A stretch of DNA of 52,440 nucleotides, taken from Eledone cirrhosa. Taxonomy: Eukaryota. The notes under the pieces are model-generated. The model was not told the origin of the DNA and made no database searches. It was given only the letters and a program-made list of their open reading frames with translations. How positions within the stretch are numbered: position 1 is the first letter of the stretch; the number at the start of each line of letters is the position of its first letter. This document shows positions 26,700 to 37,929 of this stretch, one piece after another. Both the position numbers and the translations under genes were made by a program. The stretch covers positions 1-52,440 of the forward strand of contig CAXHJY010001375.1 of assembly GCA_964016885.1 (NCBI GenBank). Reading direction: 5' to 3'.

Positions 26700-28150
26700 A
26701 CTTGCCAAGATCCTGAAAGTATCTGGTTTGGTAGATCACACCATAACCACACATATTGTAAACCAAGTAATACTAGATGGCATCATACCAAATGATTGGT
26801 GCAGCAGCATCATTGTCAACTGCTACAAGGTAGAGAAAACTATAGAGCCATCAAGCTGATGGACCAGGTCATGAAAGTAACAGAAAGAGTTATAACACAG
26901 CTGATTAGAGACCAAGTAAATCTAGATGAGATGCAGTTTGGATTTGTACCAGGCAAAAACACCACAGATGATCTCTTCATGGTGAGGCAGTTACAGGAAA
27001 AGTAAACCACTCTACCTGCATTCGTTGATCTAGAGAAAGCTTTTGACAGTGCCCCATGAGTGGTTTGTGAAAGCTGTACAAGCCATGTATAGAGGAGCAG
27101 TCATCAAAGTTAGGATTAACAATGACTATAGCAAGAAATTAAGTATACAGGTTGGTGTCCCCCAGGGCTCTGTTCTTAACCCACTCCTGTTAATCATTGT
27201 ACTACAGGCTATAACAGAGAAGTTTAAGACTGGCAGCCCATGGGAACTCCTGTATGTGGATGATCTCACACTCATAGTGGAACTGGAGAGGAAACTTCAA
27301 ACATGGAAGCAGGGCCTTAAAGTCAACCTGACAAAGACTAAGGTCCTAAGTAGAAGAGAAAACAGAACCCTGATCCCCTTAGGTAAATTGCCTTGTTCAG
27401 TATGTAGGAAAGGTGTAGGTAGAAATTCCATCCTTTGCCCTAAATGCAAACTATGGGCACACAAGGAAGTTTAGCTAAAAACTTTGGCTTTATATGTAGC
27501 AGTTGCACCAGGACTGTAAGTAGGAAACAAGCACTATCAAATTTTGAAAATGCTCGGTGGAAACAGTAGACAGCTTCTGCTACCTGGGTGACCAAATTAA
27601 CAACAGTGGTGGGTGTTCTGAAAGTATATTAGCCAGAATATGAATGGGATGGAAGAAGTTCAGGGAGCTATTACCACTGCTAGCTACAAAAGGCTTTTCC
27701 CTCAAAACGAAAGGCAGACTGTATGATGCGTGCATATGAACAGCGATGTTGCATGGTAGTGAGTTCTGGGCCCTGTGAGTAGAAGACTGGCGTAGATTAG
27801 AAAGAAATGAAGCTTGCATGCTCTGATGGATGTGTAATAGTAATATACATGAACGGCAAGGCATTAAGAGAGAAATTAGACTTAAGAGGAATCAGATGCA
27901 GTGTGCAGGAGAGGAGATTGCGTTGGTATGGACATATGATGTGTATGAAGCATAGCAGTTGTATAAAAAGGAACAGAATGCTCAAAGTCAATGGAAGCTG
28001 TGGAGTGTAGAGACCCAGGAAGATTTGGGACATGGTGATAAAAGCTGACCATGCCCAATTTCACCTCTCAAAGATACTGACACAGGACTGGAATCTCTGG
28101 CGTTCCACAGTAATACAGAAGACCGACTTCCCACGGGCATAGGCTGAAGA
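26700..28150 (+). mobile_element. Older RTE subfamily B-like copy, degenerate
   Basis: EMQFGFVPGKNTTD, GVPQGSVLNP, LLYVDD, PCSVCRKGVGRNSILCPKC and RLRWYGH, with many stops and indels. Confidence 0.9.
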
Positions 28151-28189
28151 TGAAGCATGTGTATAATATGCACCACCCCATGCAGGTTT

Positions 28190-29290
28190 TAAACATTAAC
28201 TTTAAAACAACATAGCTCAGTCAAGAAGAAACTTTATTGATTGAAATAAAAATAAAAAATCCCATTAGAATCTATACATTTTTGTCAACAAAATTATTTC
28301 AGCAACATAAATATCTGAATTTCTGGAAGCAATGAATTCTTCAAAGGCATTTTTTACAGCTGTTTGGTTATTGAAGACTTTTCCTTACAAGTTGCTTGAA
28401 AAAGTGCTACTTGGTTTGTGAACAATCTGGTTAGTTTGCTGGATGAGGCAGTTTCATAGTCCAATTCGTTATTCGAGTATTTGTTATGCAAGAGGATTGG
28501 ACCATTTCTATTGACCAATGCTGGACACATGCTGCAATTTTTTATGCATTTCATCAATTTCATGACAATACTTCTCTGCTGCTGTGATTGTTTCGTCAGA
28601 ATTCAGAAAGCTGTAGTGGAACCACCAATTACCATAACTTTTTTGTACAACTTTGGCTTTGGGAAGTGTTTAGGAAATTCATCTCAGTTCATCTACTCTG
28701 CTGAACATCATCAGTTGTTGTATAGGATCCGCTTTTCATTGCATATCACAACGATCAAGAAATTGGCCATTTTTATTGCACAAAAGAAACGAAAAGTAAA
28801 CTTCATAATGGCAATCTTTCTTTGACTTTCCAATTTGGTTCAACAATTGTTCCAATGCTCTCTGCAAGTTCTCAAACAGTCGTGTGAGGATTTACTTCCA
28901 CGAAAGCCTTCAATTCATCCTCATCTATAGCAGAACGACATTCATAGTCTTCCTTATCTTCAAGAATGAATTCACCATGATGGAATTTTTTAAACCAGCA
29001 TTGCAGATTCATTAACACTTCATTGATGTTTCTAGCAGTTTGTGTTGCATTGCAGTCGAGTTTAAACTCAGAAATTAATTTGATGAACATTCTGTTTTGA
29101 CATCTTAACTTAAAAAATCTGAAAATCAACCAAAAGGCAATATATGTTAAAAATGGGTTACAAAGGAAAAAATGTATAAAATAAGCTTTAAAACGATAAA
29201 TAATTTTCACACTTTGTATGAAAGTTTATTCTTAAAAAATGTTGAAACAAATGAAAACAAAAAACTTGCATTAATTTCTATTTAAACTAA
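28190..29290 (-). mobile_element. Mariner-family transposase remnant
   Basis: EFKL..NATQTARNINEV..LQCWFKKF..GEF.LED.....R....DEDELKA.VE.NP..T (HTH region), RILYNN, and NRNGPILLH (catalytic region). Boundaries are approximate. Confidence 0.8.
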
Positions 29291-30570
29291 TAATTTCTAC
29301 ATTCCATTTTGTTCACTTCTCCTTAACACTGCATTCTATTACTCCAATCTCCATTGTATGCCCTGTAAATGTGTCCATTCTTTAACCCTTTTGATATAAA
29401 CCTTTCCCAAACTGGCTCTTGTTCTATGAAATAAAATTACCCAATTTAAGGGATAATTTGAATTAGATTTAAATTTAAAATCTACCAATATTGTTTTATA
29501 TATAGTAGACAACTTCAATGGGCATCTATAATGGAATGCACAGTGGCTATGGATATGGTTCGAGAAATGAAGAGGATCAAGGTTCCTAGAATTCAGTGAC
29601 ATAACCAATTACTACTAACTTCAGGATTTCAGTCAGTCAAGTATGCAAGCCAGATCAACTTCATACTTGTCAGAAAATAGGACAGACAGATGATCATGAA
29701 TGCTAAGTCCTTTTGTGGAGAAAAATGGACCACCCAACACAAATTAGTTATTAGTGACAGGTAGAATCAGAAATGCAGGATAATGCAGTTTCTGCCTACC
29801 AAATTCACTCCCAGTGCTATAATAGAAAACACTTGCCCAAACTGCTACAGTGTGGGATGGAATCTAAAACTACATGGTTGTGAAGTAAACTTCTTAACCT
29901 CAGTCATGTCTAAGATAAATCATACCCTTGATAGGTCACTAGTCTATCGCAGGTAATATTCCCAGATAAACTACGTATTATTAGATAGAATTTGTAAAAT
30001 TTCTTTCCTTCGGTGTAAACTTTTAACTGAAGCTTGTGAGATGGTTGATCATGGGGAGGTGTTTAGCCGAATGGTTAGGTTGTTGGACTCATGATCATAA
30101 GGCTGTGTTCAATTCCTTGGCTGAATGATGCATTGTGTTTTTGAACAAGATATTTTCTCACGTTGCTTTTCATTATAGGACTAGTGCCCCCTATCATTGA
30201 AACACCCTAGAAACCTCCTGTGATATTACATCTCATAAAGTGACCAACTAAACTTACACAAGTTGGACTGTATTTTCCTATGATTTGTTGACCTTTTTAC
30301 TTTAAGCAACATGTCCTACTGTGGGACTTGTATTTCTGCTTCATTCAAGTAAGACTAGTTTTGAAACAATTCTTTAGTTGTTTAAAAATCTGAACCACCA
30401 CTCATTTTACTATTAATTGTAAAATGTAAATTTGACAAAGACCAAACTTTGAATCTAACAAACTGAAACTGAATATGTGAACTTTTTGTTTAAATATTGA
30501 TTAAATATTTGTATTCATATCAGTCAGATTTTAAAAGAAATCTTTTGAATGTTTTAACAGTATCCAAGGT

Positions 30571-30650
30571 GGTTGGCTTGCTGTTGTGAATTCAAATTAC
30601 ATTGAGGTTGGCTTGCTGTTGTGAATTCAAATTACATTGAGGTTGGCTTG
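30571..30650. repeat. 35-bp perfect tandem duplication (2.3 copies)
   Basis: GGTTGGCTTGCTGTTGTGAATTCAAATTACATTGA twice, plus GGTTGGCTTG. Confidence 0.9.
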
Positions 30651-31028
30651 GTGCTGAGAAAAACAATATCGTAGCCTGTGTTATATTGAATATGTGAAGT
30701 ACATATTGAAGAGGTTCATATAATATTTGGTATTTTCTTATGCTTAATAGACTGGTCTGAATACTTGCAGTTAATTGAATTGTTGTTAAAAACACCCAAG
30801 ATCAAGGAAGTCTACCATTCATAGAACTGATTTAGTACTCTCGGGTTGTATAAACTTGCTGGTTTTCAGTCTCTCTCTTAGCTATGTAGATGTAACTCTT
30901 TTCATACTGATCTGGCAAAAACCAACTCTGATTCCATAAAAACAAAACCAGGCATTTTAAAGGGTTCCCATTTAGATTAAAATCTTCCAACATAATTTTA
31001 TATAAGATCTGTTTAAGTTAATATCTTA

Positions 31029-31492
31029 ACTAGCAGAAAAATCACCCTTCGGGTGGTTTTCTGCTAGCATGTGTAGTGTATATATTGATATTATACGCAA
31101 GTATATATGATACATCAAATAAAATTGCAATTGACAATATACACAGAAATTGAACGAAGACTGCATTACACTGTCTTACGTAATCGGTAACGTAATCCAT
31201 GATACATTAAAAAAAGACGATATTATATATAAACTGCATTAGGAGAAAATTAGTGACGGAACGTTTATGCGATCGCTAACCGGAAGTGTTGACATTTGAA
31301 AATTTTAAAGAAGTGAATCTTAAAATAAGCAACAAAATTATTTATATTTAATCAAGAATAGCAAAATTTAGTAGATAAATTATGTAATATTCATTAATTA
31401 TTTATTCAAAGTAATCCAACTTATTTTACAAATGGGATAAAATAATATATTCTGGACTCAGTCCCATACTCCTTACTTTCTTATAGTTTAGA
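31029..31492 (-). mobile_element. Non-autonomous Helitron-like element
   Basis: Terminal palindrome CTAGCAGAAAA-ATCACCC-TTC-GGGTGGT-TTTCTGCTAG. It shares TAACCGGAAGTGTTGACATTTGAAA..TTTAAAGAAGTGAAT with 14785-14825 and ends TTATAGTTTAGAT. Confidence 0.6.
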
Positions 31493-31959
31493 TAACTAAA
31501 TAATTTTAATTAATCCCTCAAAATTTTTCATTAATTGATTGATTATGACTAACAAGTATAGCGTTGTGGGTTTGATTCCTGGACCAGCCAGTGCATTGTG
31601 TTTTTAAGCAAGACGCTTTGTTTCATGAAAGGGCTGGGAGCCTCCTATTATTAAAACACCTGAGAAACTTATAAAGTGCAATTTCATAAGAGGCCAGCTA
31701 AACCTGAATAGGTGTGAACTGTAAATTTCATTTAATTTCATTAAAATAATAATTTTTGTAAGTCTCTCAAAGCTCTTCATTAATTAATTGAAAGAGTTAA
31801 GATTCTATCATTTTCCTAGAATAGTTTCTCTTGTGCATATTTATCATTACAAAAAATTAATCATTATTTGGTTGGCATATCAAATACTTATTTACAAATT
31901 TATAAGGTAGAGAGGACTTTTCAGTCTGGCCGAACATATGACAACCTCTCTTGTGCTGA

Positions 31960-32143
31960 TGTGATAAAATGTATCCAGTGCACCATGTCAGGTAGATGGT
32001 ATTAGGAGAGGCATCAAGCCATAGAAACCATGCCAAATATGGAATGTATAAGCAAGATGAGGTCTCCGACTTGTTTAGTCGAAGTATGACAACCCATCCA
32101 ACTAACCAGCATGGAAAATGGACGTAAAATGATGATGATGATG
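31960..32143 (+). mobile_element. Degenerate RTE-tail SINE/LINE fragment
   Basis: TTAGGAGAGGCATC..AGAAACCATGCC...AGCATGGAAAATGGACGTAAAATGATGATG. Confidence 0.65.
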
Positions 32144-32423
32144 AAATTTACTGTCTTTCATATTCGACCAAGAAATGTTCTCTTTTCCTCAGATTTTAGC
32201 TTCTCTTTCCATGTTTTAATCTTCAGCTTAAGTTTAATGCTATTACCGTATGATCCTTTATCGAGCACTATAATGTGACACTAAGCTCCCCAACAAGCCA
32301 AATCAGTAACCCATTTTTTATTTTGCTTATTTTAAAATTCTTTTCTGAAACCATTTCACTTTGCTTTTCATTCCTCATTCTTTTTTGGAAAGATTATATA
32401 AATATATATATGTATATATTTAT

Positions 32424-33277
32424 ATCATCATCATCGTCGTTTTACGTCCGTTCTTCCACACAAGCATGGGTTAGATGGGTTGTCCTGTTGTGGGCAGTGT
32501 TCAGTCGGCTGACCTTGTCTTGCTCATACAGTAACTGATTCTGGTTTGATTTCTACAGCTGGATGCCCTTTCCTAACACCAACCTGATTTACAACAGTGA
32601 GTGCTGGGTGCCTTTTTCCGTGGCGCCTACTTTACAGTGTGAGCTGGGTGCTTTTTTTTTTCAGTGGAAGGGTGTGGGGGGCATATTGTCTATATGCTTT
32701 AGCTTCGGCTTATTCCTGTAGGGGGTCGAGTCTTCTGTATTACTGCTGGACGCCAGAGGTCACGGTCGTGTGTCATTGCTCTTAAGAGGTGCAATTGGGT
32801 AAGGTCGGCCTTTATCACCTCATCCCAGATCTTCTTGGGTCTCCCCACTCCGCGCCTTCCATCGACTTCTAGTGCTCTGCACTTTTTTATGCAGCTGTCA
32901 TCCTTCATACGCATCACATGTCCATACCAACGTAACTTCCTCTCCTACACACAGCATTTGATTCCTCTGATGCTCAGTCTCTGTCTCTCAATTCGTTTAT
33001 AATTTGCCGTTCGCGTATATTACTATTACACATCCATCGGAACATGCAAGCTTCATTTCTTTCTAATCTGCACAAGTCTTCTACAGACAGCGCCCAGGTT
33101 TTACTTCCATGTAACATTGCTGTTCGTATACACGCATCGTACAGTCTGCCTTTCATTTTGAGGGAAAAGCCTTTTGCAGCTAGCAGTTGCAGTAGCTCCC
33201 TGAACTATTTCCATCCTGTTCTTACCCTAGTTATTGTACTTTCCGAACACCCTCCTCCGCTGCTAATTCGGTCACTA
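32424..33277 (-). mobile_element. RTE subfamily B, 5'-truncated copy
   Basis: ORFs 32699-32917 and 32974-33156; highly similar to 16924-17750; TA tracts on both sides. Confidence 0.92.
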
Positions 33278-33344
33278 ATTCTATATATTTATCTATATAT
33301 ATATATATATATATATATCTATACCTATATTTATATATCTATAT

Positions 33345-33565
33345 ATCATCATCATCATCACCGTTTTACGTCCGTTCTTCCACGCTAGCATGAGTTAGAT
33401 GGGTTGTCCTGTTGTGGGCAGTGTCTGGTCGGCCTGACCATGCCTTGCTTTACAGTGTGGGCTGGGTGCTTTTTTACCGTGGCACCTCCACGACCACCTT
33501 GCAGTGGGAGGGTGTGGGGGCATATTGTCTATATGCTTCAGCTTGTACCCATGGGAGGTCGGGTA
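33345..33565 (-). mobile_element. RTE subfamily B 3'UTR-only copy with internal deletion
   Basis: (ATC)n plus CCGTTTTACGTCCGTTCTTCCACGCTAGCATG tail; flanked by TA tracts. Confidence 0.85.
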
Positions 33566-33582
33566 TATCTATATATATCTAT

Positions 33583-33918
33583 GGAGGCACATGGCTTAGT
33601 GGTTAGAGCATTGGCCTTGCAATCGAAAGGTTGTGAGTTCAATTCTCAGACCGGGTGATGTGTTGTTTCCTTAAGCAAGACACTTTATTTCACATTGCTC
33701 CAGTTTACTCAGCTGTAGAAATGAGATGATAGGGACTGAGGTCCATATCATTCCACTGCAAAGTGGTCGTGGAGGTGCCACGGCAAAAAAGCACCCAGCA
33801 CTCAGTCAATGAGGTTGGTGTTAGGAAGGGCATCCATCTGTAGAAATCAAGCCAGAATCAGTACCCGTCCCACCCTTGCAAGCAGGGAAAAGCGGACGTA
33901 AAATGAAATGATGATGAT
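33583..33918 (+). mobile_element. Complete tRNA-CORE-RTE-tail SINE
   Basis: A box TGGCTTAGTGG and B box GTTCAATTC. CORE-like CCTTAAGCAAGACACTTTA...CCAGTTTACTCAGCTGTAGAAATG (compare the MIR core). RTE 3'UTR-derived tail ending in (GAT)n. Confidence 0.9.
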
Positions 33919-33964
33919 ATATATATATATCGTATATCTATATATATATATCTCTATATATATC

Positions 33965-33997
<33 letters not shown>

Positions 33998-34269
33998 CTA
34001 TATATATATCTATATATATATCTATATATATATCTATATATATATATCTATATATATATATCTATATATATATATCTATATATATATCTATATATCTATA
34101 TATCTATATATATATATCTATATATATATATCTATATATATATATATATATATATATCTATATATATCTATATATATATATATATCTCTATATATATCTA
34201 TATATATATCTATATATATATCTATATATATATCTATATATATATCTATATATATATATATATATATCT
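33919..34269. repeat. (TA)n/(TATC)n microsatellite between SINE and LINE tails
   Basis: Direct inspection. Confidence 0.97.
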
Positions 34270-37200
34270 ATCATCATCATCATCATCATCAACGTTTAAC
34301 GTCCGTGTTCCACGCTTGCATGGGTTTGGACGGGGGTAGTCCCACTTGAGGCAAGAGTGATTGTCTTGCTCGCATAGGACTGTCTGGCAGGTTTTCTACA
34401 GTTGGATGCCCTTCCTAACACCAACCACATTTACAGTGTGGGTCTGGGAGGTTTTTACCGTGTTGCCTACACGGCCACATTACAGCGTGGACTGTGTGTT
34501 TTTTTGTCGTGACACCTACACGATCTCATTTGTTTCGGCCTGGATGGCGCGGCACCAACATAACTTTACATAGAACGGGGTGGTGTGGATGGGGTGGGGG
34601 TGGCGGCGGGAGGGGTGTATTTTGTTAGAGATGCCTACTGGCAAGGCGGGTCTTCTCTGTTACTGAGTACCGCCAAAGGTCACGGTCCAGTGACATTGTC
34701 TTGGAGAGGTGTAAGTGTGTGAGGTCGGAGTTTATCAGCTCATCCCATGTTTTTCTAGGTCTGCCTATTCCGTGGCTACCGTCTATCTTTATTGCCCTGC
34801 ACTTTGTAATACAGCTATCGACTTTCATGCGCATCACGTGTCCATACCAACGCAGCCTTCTCTCGAGTAAACAACATCTGATCCCTCTTATCTCTAATTT
34901 TTTCCTTAGTTCGTTTATGCTTTGCCGTTCACGTATATTACTGTTACACATCCAGCGGAGCATGCAAGCTTCGTTCCTCTCTAGTCTGCGTATATCCTCT
35001 GCACACAATGCCCAGGTCTCACTACCATGCAACATTGCTGTTCGTATGCAGGCATCGTACAACCTGCCTTTCATTTTTAGGGAGAACCCTTTAGCAGCTA
35101 ATAGTGGTATAAGCTCTCTGAACTTTTTCCAACCAGTTCTGACTCTAGCTACAGTACTTTCAGAGCACCCTCCCCCACTGCTGATTTTATCGCCCAGGTA
35201 ACGGAAGCTGTCCACTATTTCTATAAAACCCTCTGCGCAATTGAAAGAGCTAGTATTTTGTGGGCACTTGCTGCTACTTATTGCACCAGAACACCGGCCA
35301 CATGTAAAGTCTATGTTCTTAGTTAGCTTACCTGTGATCCCACTACATCTTTTATGCACCCATACTTTGCATTTAGGACATAAGATGGAGTTTCTACCTA
35401 CGCCTTTCCTACATACCGAGCACGACCATTTCCCAGAAGGGACCGCCGCCTTGTTTTCTTTCCTACAAACTAGAACTTTGGTCTTAGCCAGGTTAATTTT
35501 AAGTCCTTTTGACTCTAGGCCGTGCTTCCATGTTTGGAATTTCTTCTCTAGCTCGGCCATTGATTCCGCTATGAGTGTCAGGTCGTCTGCGTATAGGAGT
35601 TCCCATGGGCAGCCTGTCTTGAACTCCTCTGTTATAGCCTGAAGGGCAATAATAAATAGTAGGGGGCTGAGAACAGAGCCCTGATGGACGCCAACTTTTA
35701 CGCTAAACTCTTCACTATATTCGTTGTTAATTCTAACCTTGCTGACTGTTTCTTTATACATGGCTTGTATAGCCCTCACAAGCCATTCGTCAACGCCTAG
35801 TTTTCTAAGAGCCCACCAGATAATGGAGCGGGGGACTCTGTCGAAGGCTTTCTCCAGGTCGACAAAAGCTAAGTAGAGGGGTTTACCTTTAGCTAGGTAC
35901 TTCTCCTGTAGTTGTCGTACTATGAAAAGAGCGTCTGTGGTGCTTTTGCCTGACACAAACCCGAACTGCATTTCATCTAGATCAATTCTCTCTCTGATTA
36001 GTTGCGCTATTACTTTTTCCGTGACCTTCATGACCTGGTCGATTAATTTAATGCCTCTATAGTTACTCCTATCTAGGGCGTCTCCTTTACCCTTATAACA
36101 GTTAACGATGATGCTGCTATGCCAGTCCTTCGGAACAACCCCATTCTGTACGACTTGGTTAACTATGCGGGTGACCATGGTGTGTCCCACCGTGCCAGAT
36201 GCCTTCAGCATCTCAGCAACTATTTCCGAAGGCCCAGCCGCCTTACCAGTCTTCATATCCTTGATTGCCTTACTTATTATACTCCCCTCGACTAACACTG
36301 CTGGTCCCTCTATCGGGTCGATATGGGGGAGACTGTCTTTCTCCCATTTATTCTCCTCATTTAGTAGCCTTTCATAGTGACACTTCCAAGCTACCTTCTT
36401 ATCAGTGTCGGTGATGGCAAGTATGCCATCATCGTTAAGTACACACTTCTCCCCGACAATATCACGGTTTTCCTTGACGCATTGCCTGGCAATCCTGAAC
36501 ACCTCACGTTTTTGGTCATCGCGTTGTAGAACATGCTTGAACTTTCTTTCCTCAGCTTCCCTTCTTGCTAAGTACACTTCTCTCCTAGCTTCCCTCCTGG
36601 CCACTTGATAGTCTACTCTACTTCCCCCATCCCGCCATACTTTCCAAGCCTGCTTTTTGGCCTTAATTGACCCCTCCACCTTACTGTTCCACCACCATGT
36701 TACTCTCCTCCTGCCTACAGGCCTGCTCCAGCCACAGACTTCGTCTGTTGCCAACAGCAGGTTAGCTTTCAGAAATTTCCACTGTCCCTCTATATTGTCC
36801 GATTCTAGATGCTCTTCCTTACTGTCGAAAGCATCAAGTAATATGCTTTGAAATTTATTTCTGGCTGTGGGGTCTTTTAGTTTCCATATTTTCCTCCTGA
36901 GGATAGTCCTCTTCTGCTGTCGGGTGCGTCTCGTCCTGACTATGAGGTCGCTAATTATCAGTCTATGTTGGGAGGTGCATTCTTCATGGGGGAGGGATTT
37001 AGTGTTTACAACAGACACTCTGTCACGTCTTCTGGTAAGGATATAATCTACCTGGCTTGTGTGTTCCCCGGATCTATAGGTAATCAGGTGATTGTCACGT
37101 TTTTTGAAGTTAGTGTTACAGATAGTTAGGTTATTTGCATCACAGTATTCCAGAATTCTGGAGCCTTCCTCATTTCTAGTACCAAACCCATAGCCTCCAT

Positions 37201-37893
37201 GGATTTCGTCATAGCCGTCACAATGTTGTCCAACGTGACCATTTAGGTCGCCTGCAATAATTATATAGTCACTGTCAGATATTTGGGAGGTAGTTAGCAA
37301 CAGTGTCTCATAGAATCTGTCTTTTATAGTGCCGGGCAGTCCGGATTGGGGTGCGTACGCAGATATTACTGTCACCGTAGTTCTATTGAGGACAAGTCTT
37401 ATTTTAATTATTCTGTCGTTCACTCTATTTACGTCTATTATCTTATCTGCCCACTTTTCTGCTACCATGATTCCTACTCCACCCAGCCCATCGTCGTTTC
37501 CCACCCAGAAAAGCTTATAACATCGTTTTTTACCCTCAATGAATCTAGCAGACCCACCCCTCCACCTGGTCTCTTGAATACAACAAACATCGACCTCCTT
37601 ACGTTCAAGCATTTCTACAACCTCGTTAGCGCGACCCTTTAGGGTGCCTACATTTATGGTACCAACTCTGAAGTTTTGGGTTGCGTTTGGAGGGTGGGGG
37701 TGGTGGGGGGCGGGAGGAGATAGGGTTATGTTAGCCATCCGCGGACGAAACAAAGAGGAGTGCTCGCATTCTCGTCCACGAGGTGAATTTGACTTTAACT
37801 TTGGCATTTTCGCTCTGGGCGTCCAGATTTTTCTCTCCCTTCCACTCTCCAAGGATTCCGCAGTCCGTCCGTCCATCCATCCATCCATCCATC
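34270..37893 (-). mobile_element. Apparently full-length, potentially active RTE-clade LINE (subfamily A)
   Basis: Single intact ORF, ~350-bp 3'UTR, (GAT)7 tail and a 5' (GGAT)n(GGAC)n leader. The true 5' boundary is uncertain. Confidence 0.93.
34625..37888 (-). CDS. RTE ORF: APE endonuclease + reverse transcriptase with inserted PHD-like C4HC3 finger
   Basis: APE motifs GTINVGTL, CIQETRW, SAYAPQ, GDLNGHVG, QVDYIL and SQHRL. RT motifs YRGIKL, QFGF, FVDLEKAFD, GVHQGSVLSP, YADD, GLKINLAKT and FRYLG. C-terminal [15 protein letters not shown]. The real start may be a downstream Met (MPKL or MANI). Confidence 0.95.
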   Translation of the reverse strand: MDGWMDGRTAESLESGRERKIWTPRAKMPKLKSNSPRGRECEHSSLFRPRMANITLSPPAPHHPHPPNATQNFRVGTINVGTLKGRANEVVEMLERKEVDVCCIQETRWRGGSARFIEGKKRCYKLFWVGNDDGLGGVGIMVAEKWADKIIDVNRVNDRIIKIRLVLNRTTVTVISAYAPQSGLPGTIKDRFYETLLLTTSQISDSDYIIIAGDLNGHVGQHCDGYDEIHGGYGFGTRNEEGSRILEYCDANNLTICNTNFKKRDNHLITYRSGEHTSQVDYILTRRRDRVSVVNTKSLPHEECTSQHRLIISDLIVRTRRTRQQKRTILRRKIWKLKDPTARNKFQSILLDAFDSKEEHLESDNIEGQWKFLKANLLLATDEVCGWSRPVGRRRVTWWWNSKVEGSIKAKKQAWKVWRDGGSRVDYQVARREARREVYLARREAEERKFKHVLQRDDQKREVFRIARQCVKENRDIVGEKCVLNDDGILAITDTDKKVAWKCHYERLLNEENKWEKDSLPHIDPIEGPAVLVEGSIISKAIKDMKTGKAAGPSEIVAEMLKASGTVGHTMVTRIVNQVVQNGVVPKDWHSSIIVNCYKGKGDALDRSNYRGIKLIDQVMKVTEKVIAQLIRERIDLDEMQFGFVSGKSTTDALFIVRQLQEKYLAKGKPLYLAFVDLEKAFDRVPRSIIWWALRKLGVDEWLVRAIQAMYKETVSKVRINNEYSEEFSVKVGVHQGSVLSPLLFIIALQAITEEFKTGCPWELLYADDLTLIAESMAELEKKFQTWKHGLESKGLKINLAKTKVLVCRKENKAAVPSGKWSCSVCRKGVGRNSILCPKCKVWVHKRCSGITGKLTKNIDFTCGRCSGAISSSKCPQNTSSFNCAEGFIEIVDSFRYLGDKISSGGGCSESTVARVRTGWKKFRELIPLLAAKGFSLKMKGRLYDACIRTAMLHGSETWALCAEDIRRLERNEACMLRWMCNSNIRERQSINELRKKLEIRGIRCCLLERRLRWYGHVMRMKVDSCITKCRAIKIDGSHGIGRPRKTWDELINSDLTHLHLSKTMSLDRDLWRYSVTEKTRLASRHL

Positions 37894-37929
37894 ATATATC
37901 GAAGGCAACCGGGCAAGCGATAGTATAGG

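Noticed and set aside
30050-31720. Degenerate CORE-SINE-like pieces near 30055-30170 and 31560-31630
   Set aside because: Weak B-box and CORE-like words only; boundaries not definable, so not listed as features.
33583-33655. tRNA gene
   Set aside because: A/B boxes are present but it continues into CORE and RTE tail, so it is a SINE head; the same applies to 2720-2791.
37725-37860. HDV-like ribozyme at the RTE 5' end (minus strand TTC-ACCTCGT-GGA, hairpin GGACGAGA/TTTCGTCC, GCTAAC)
   Set aside because: RTE 5' ends are known to carry HDV-like ribozymes, and L3- and J4/2-like words are present. However, I could not build consistent P1, P1.1 and P2 pairings by eye; an RNArobo/Infernal search would decide.
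34262-37900. ATATATC as target-site duplication of the full-length RTE
   Set aside because: Present on both sides but too low-complexity next to a TA/TATC tract to be trusted. If real, it would fix the 5' end at about 37893 and argue the array is flank rather than UTR.
34701-37928. Plus-strand ORFs antisense to RTE coding sequence (also at other RTE copies)
   Set aside because: Shadow frames of the RTE ORF with no independent motifs.
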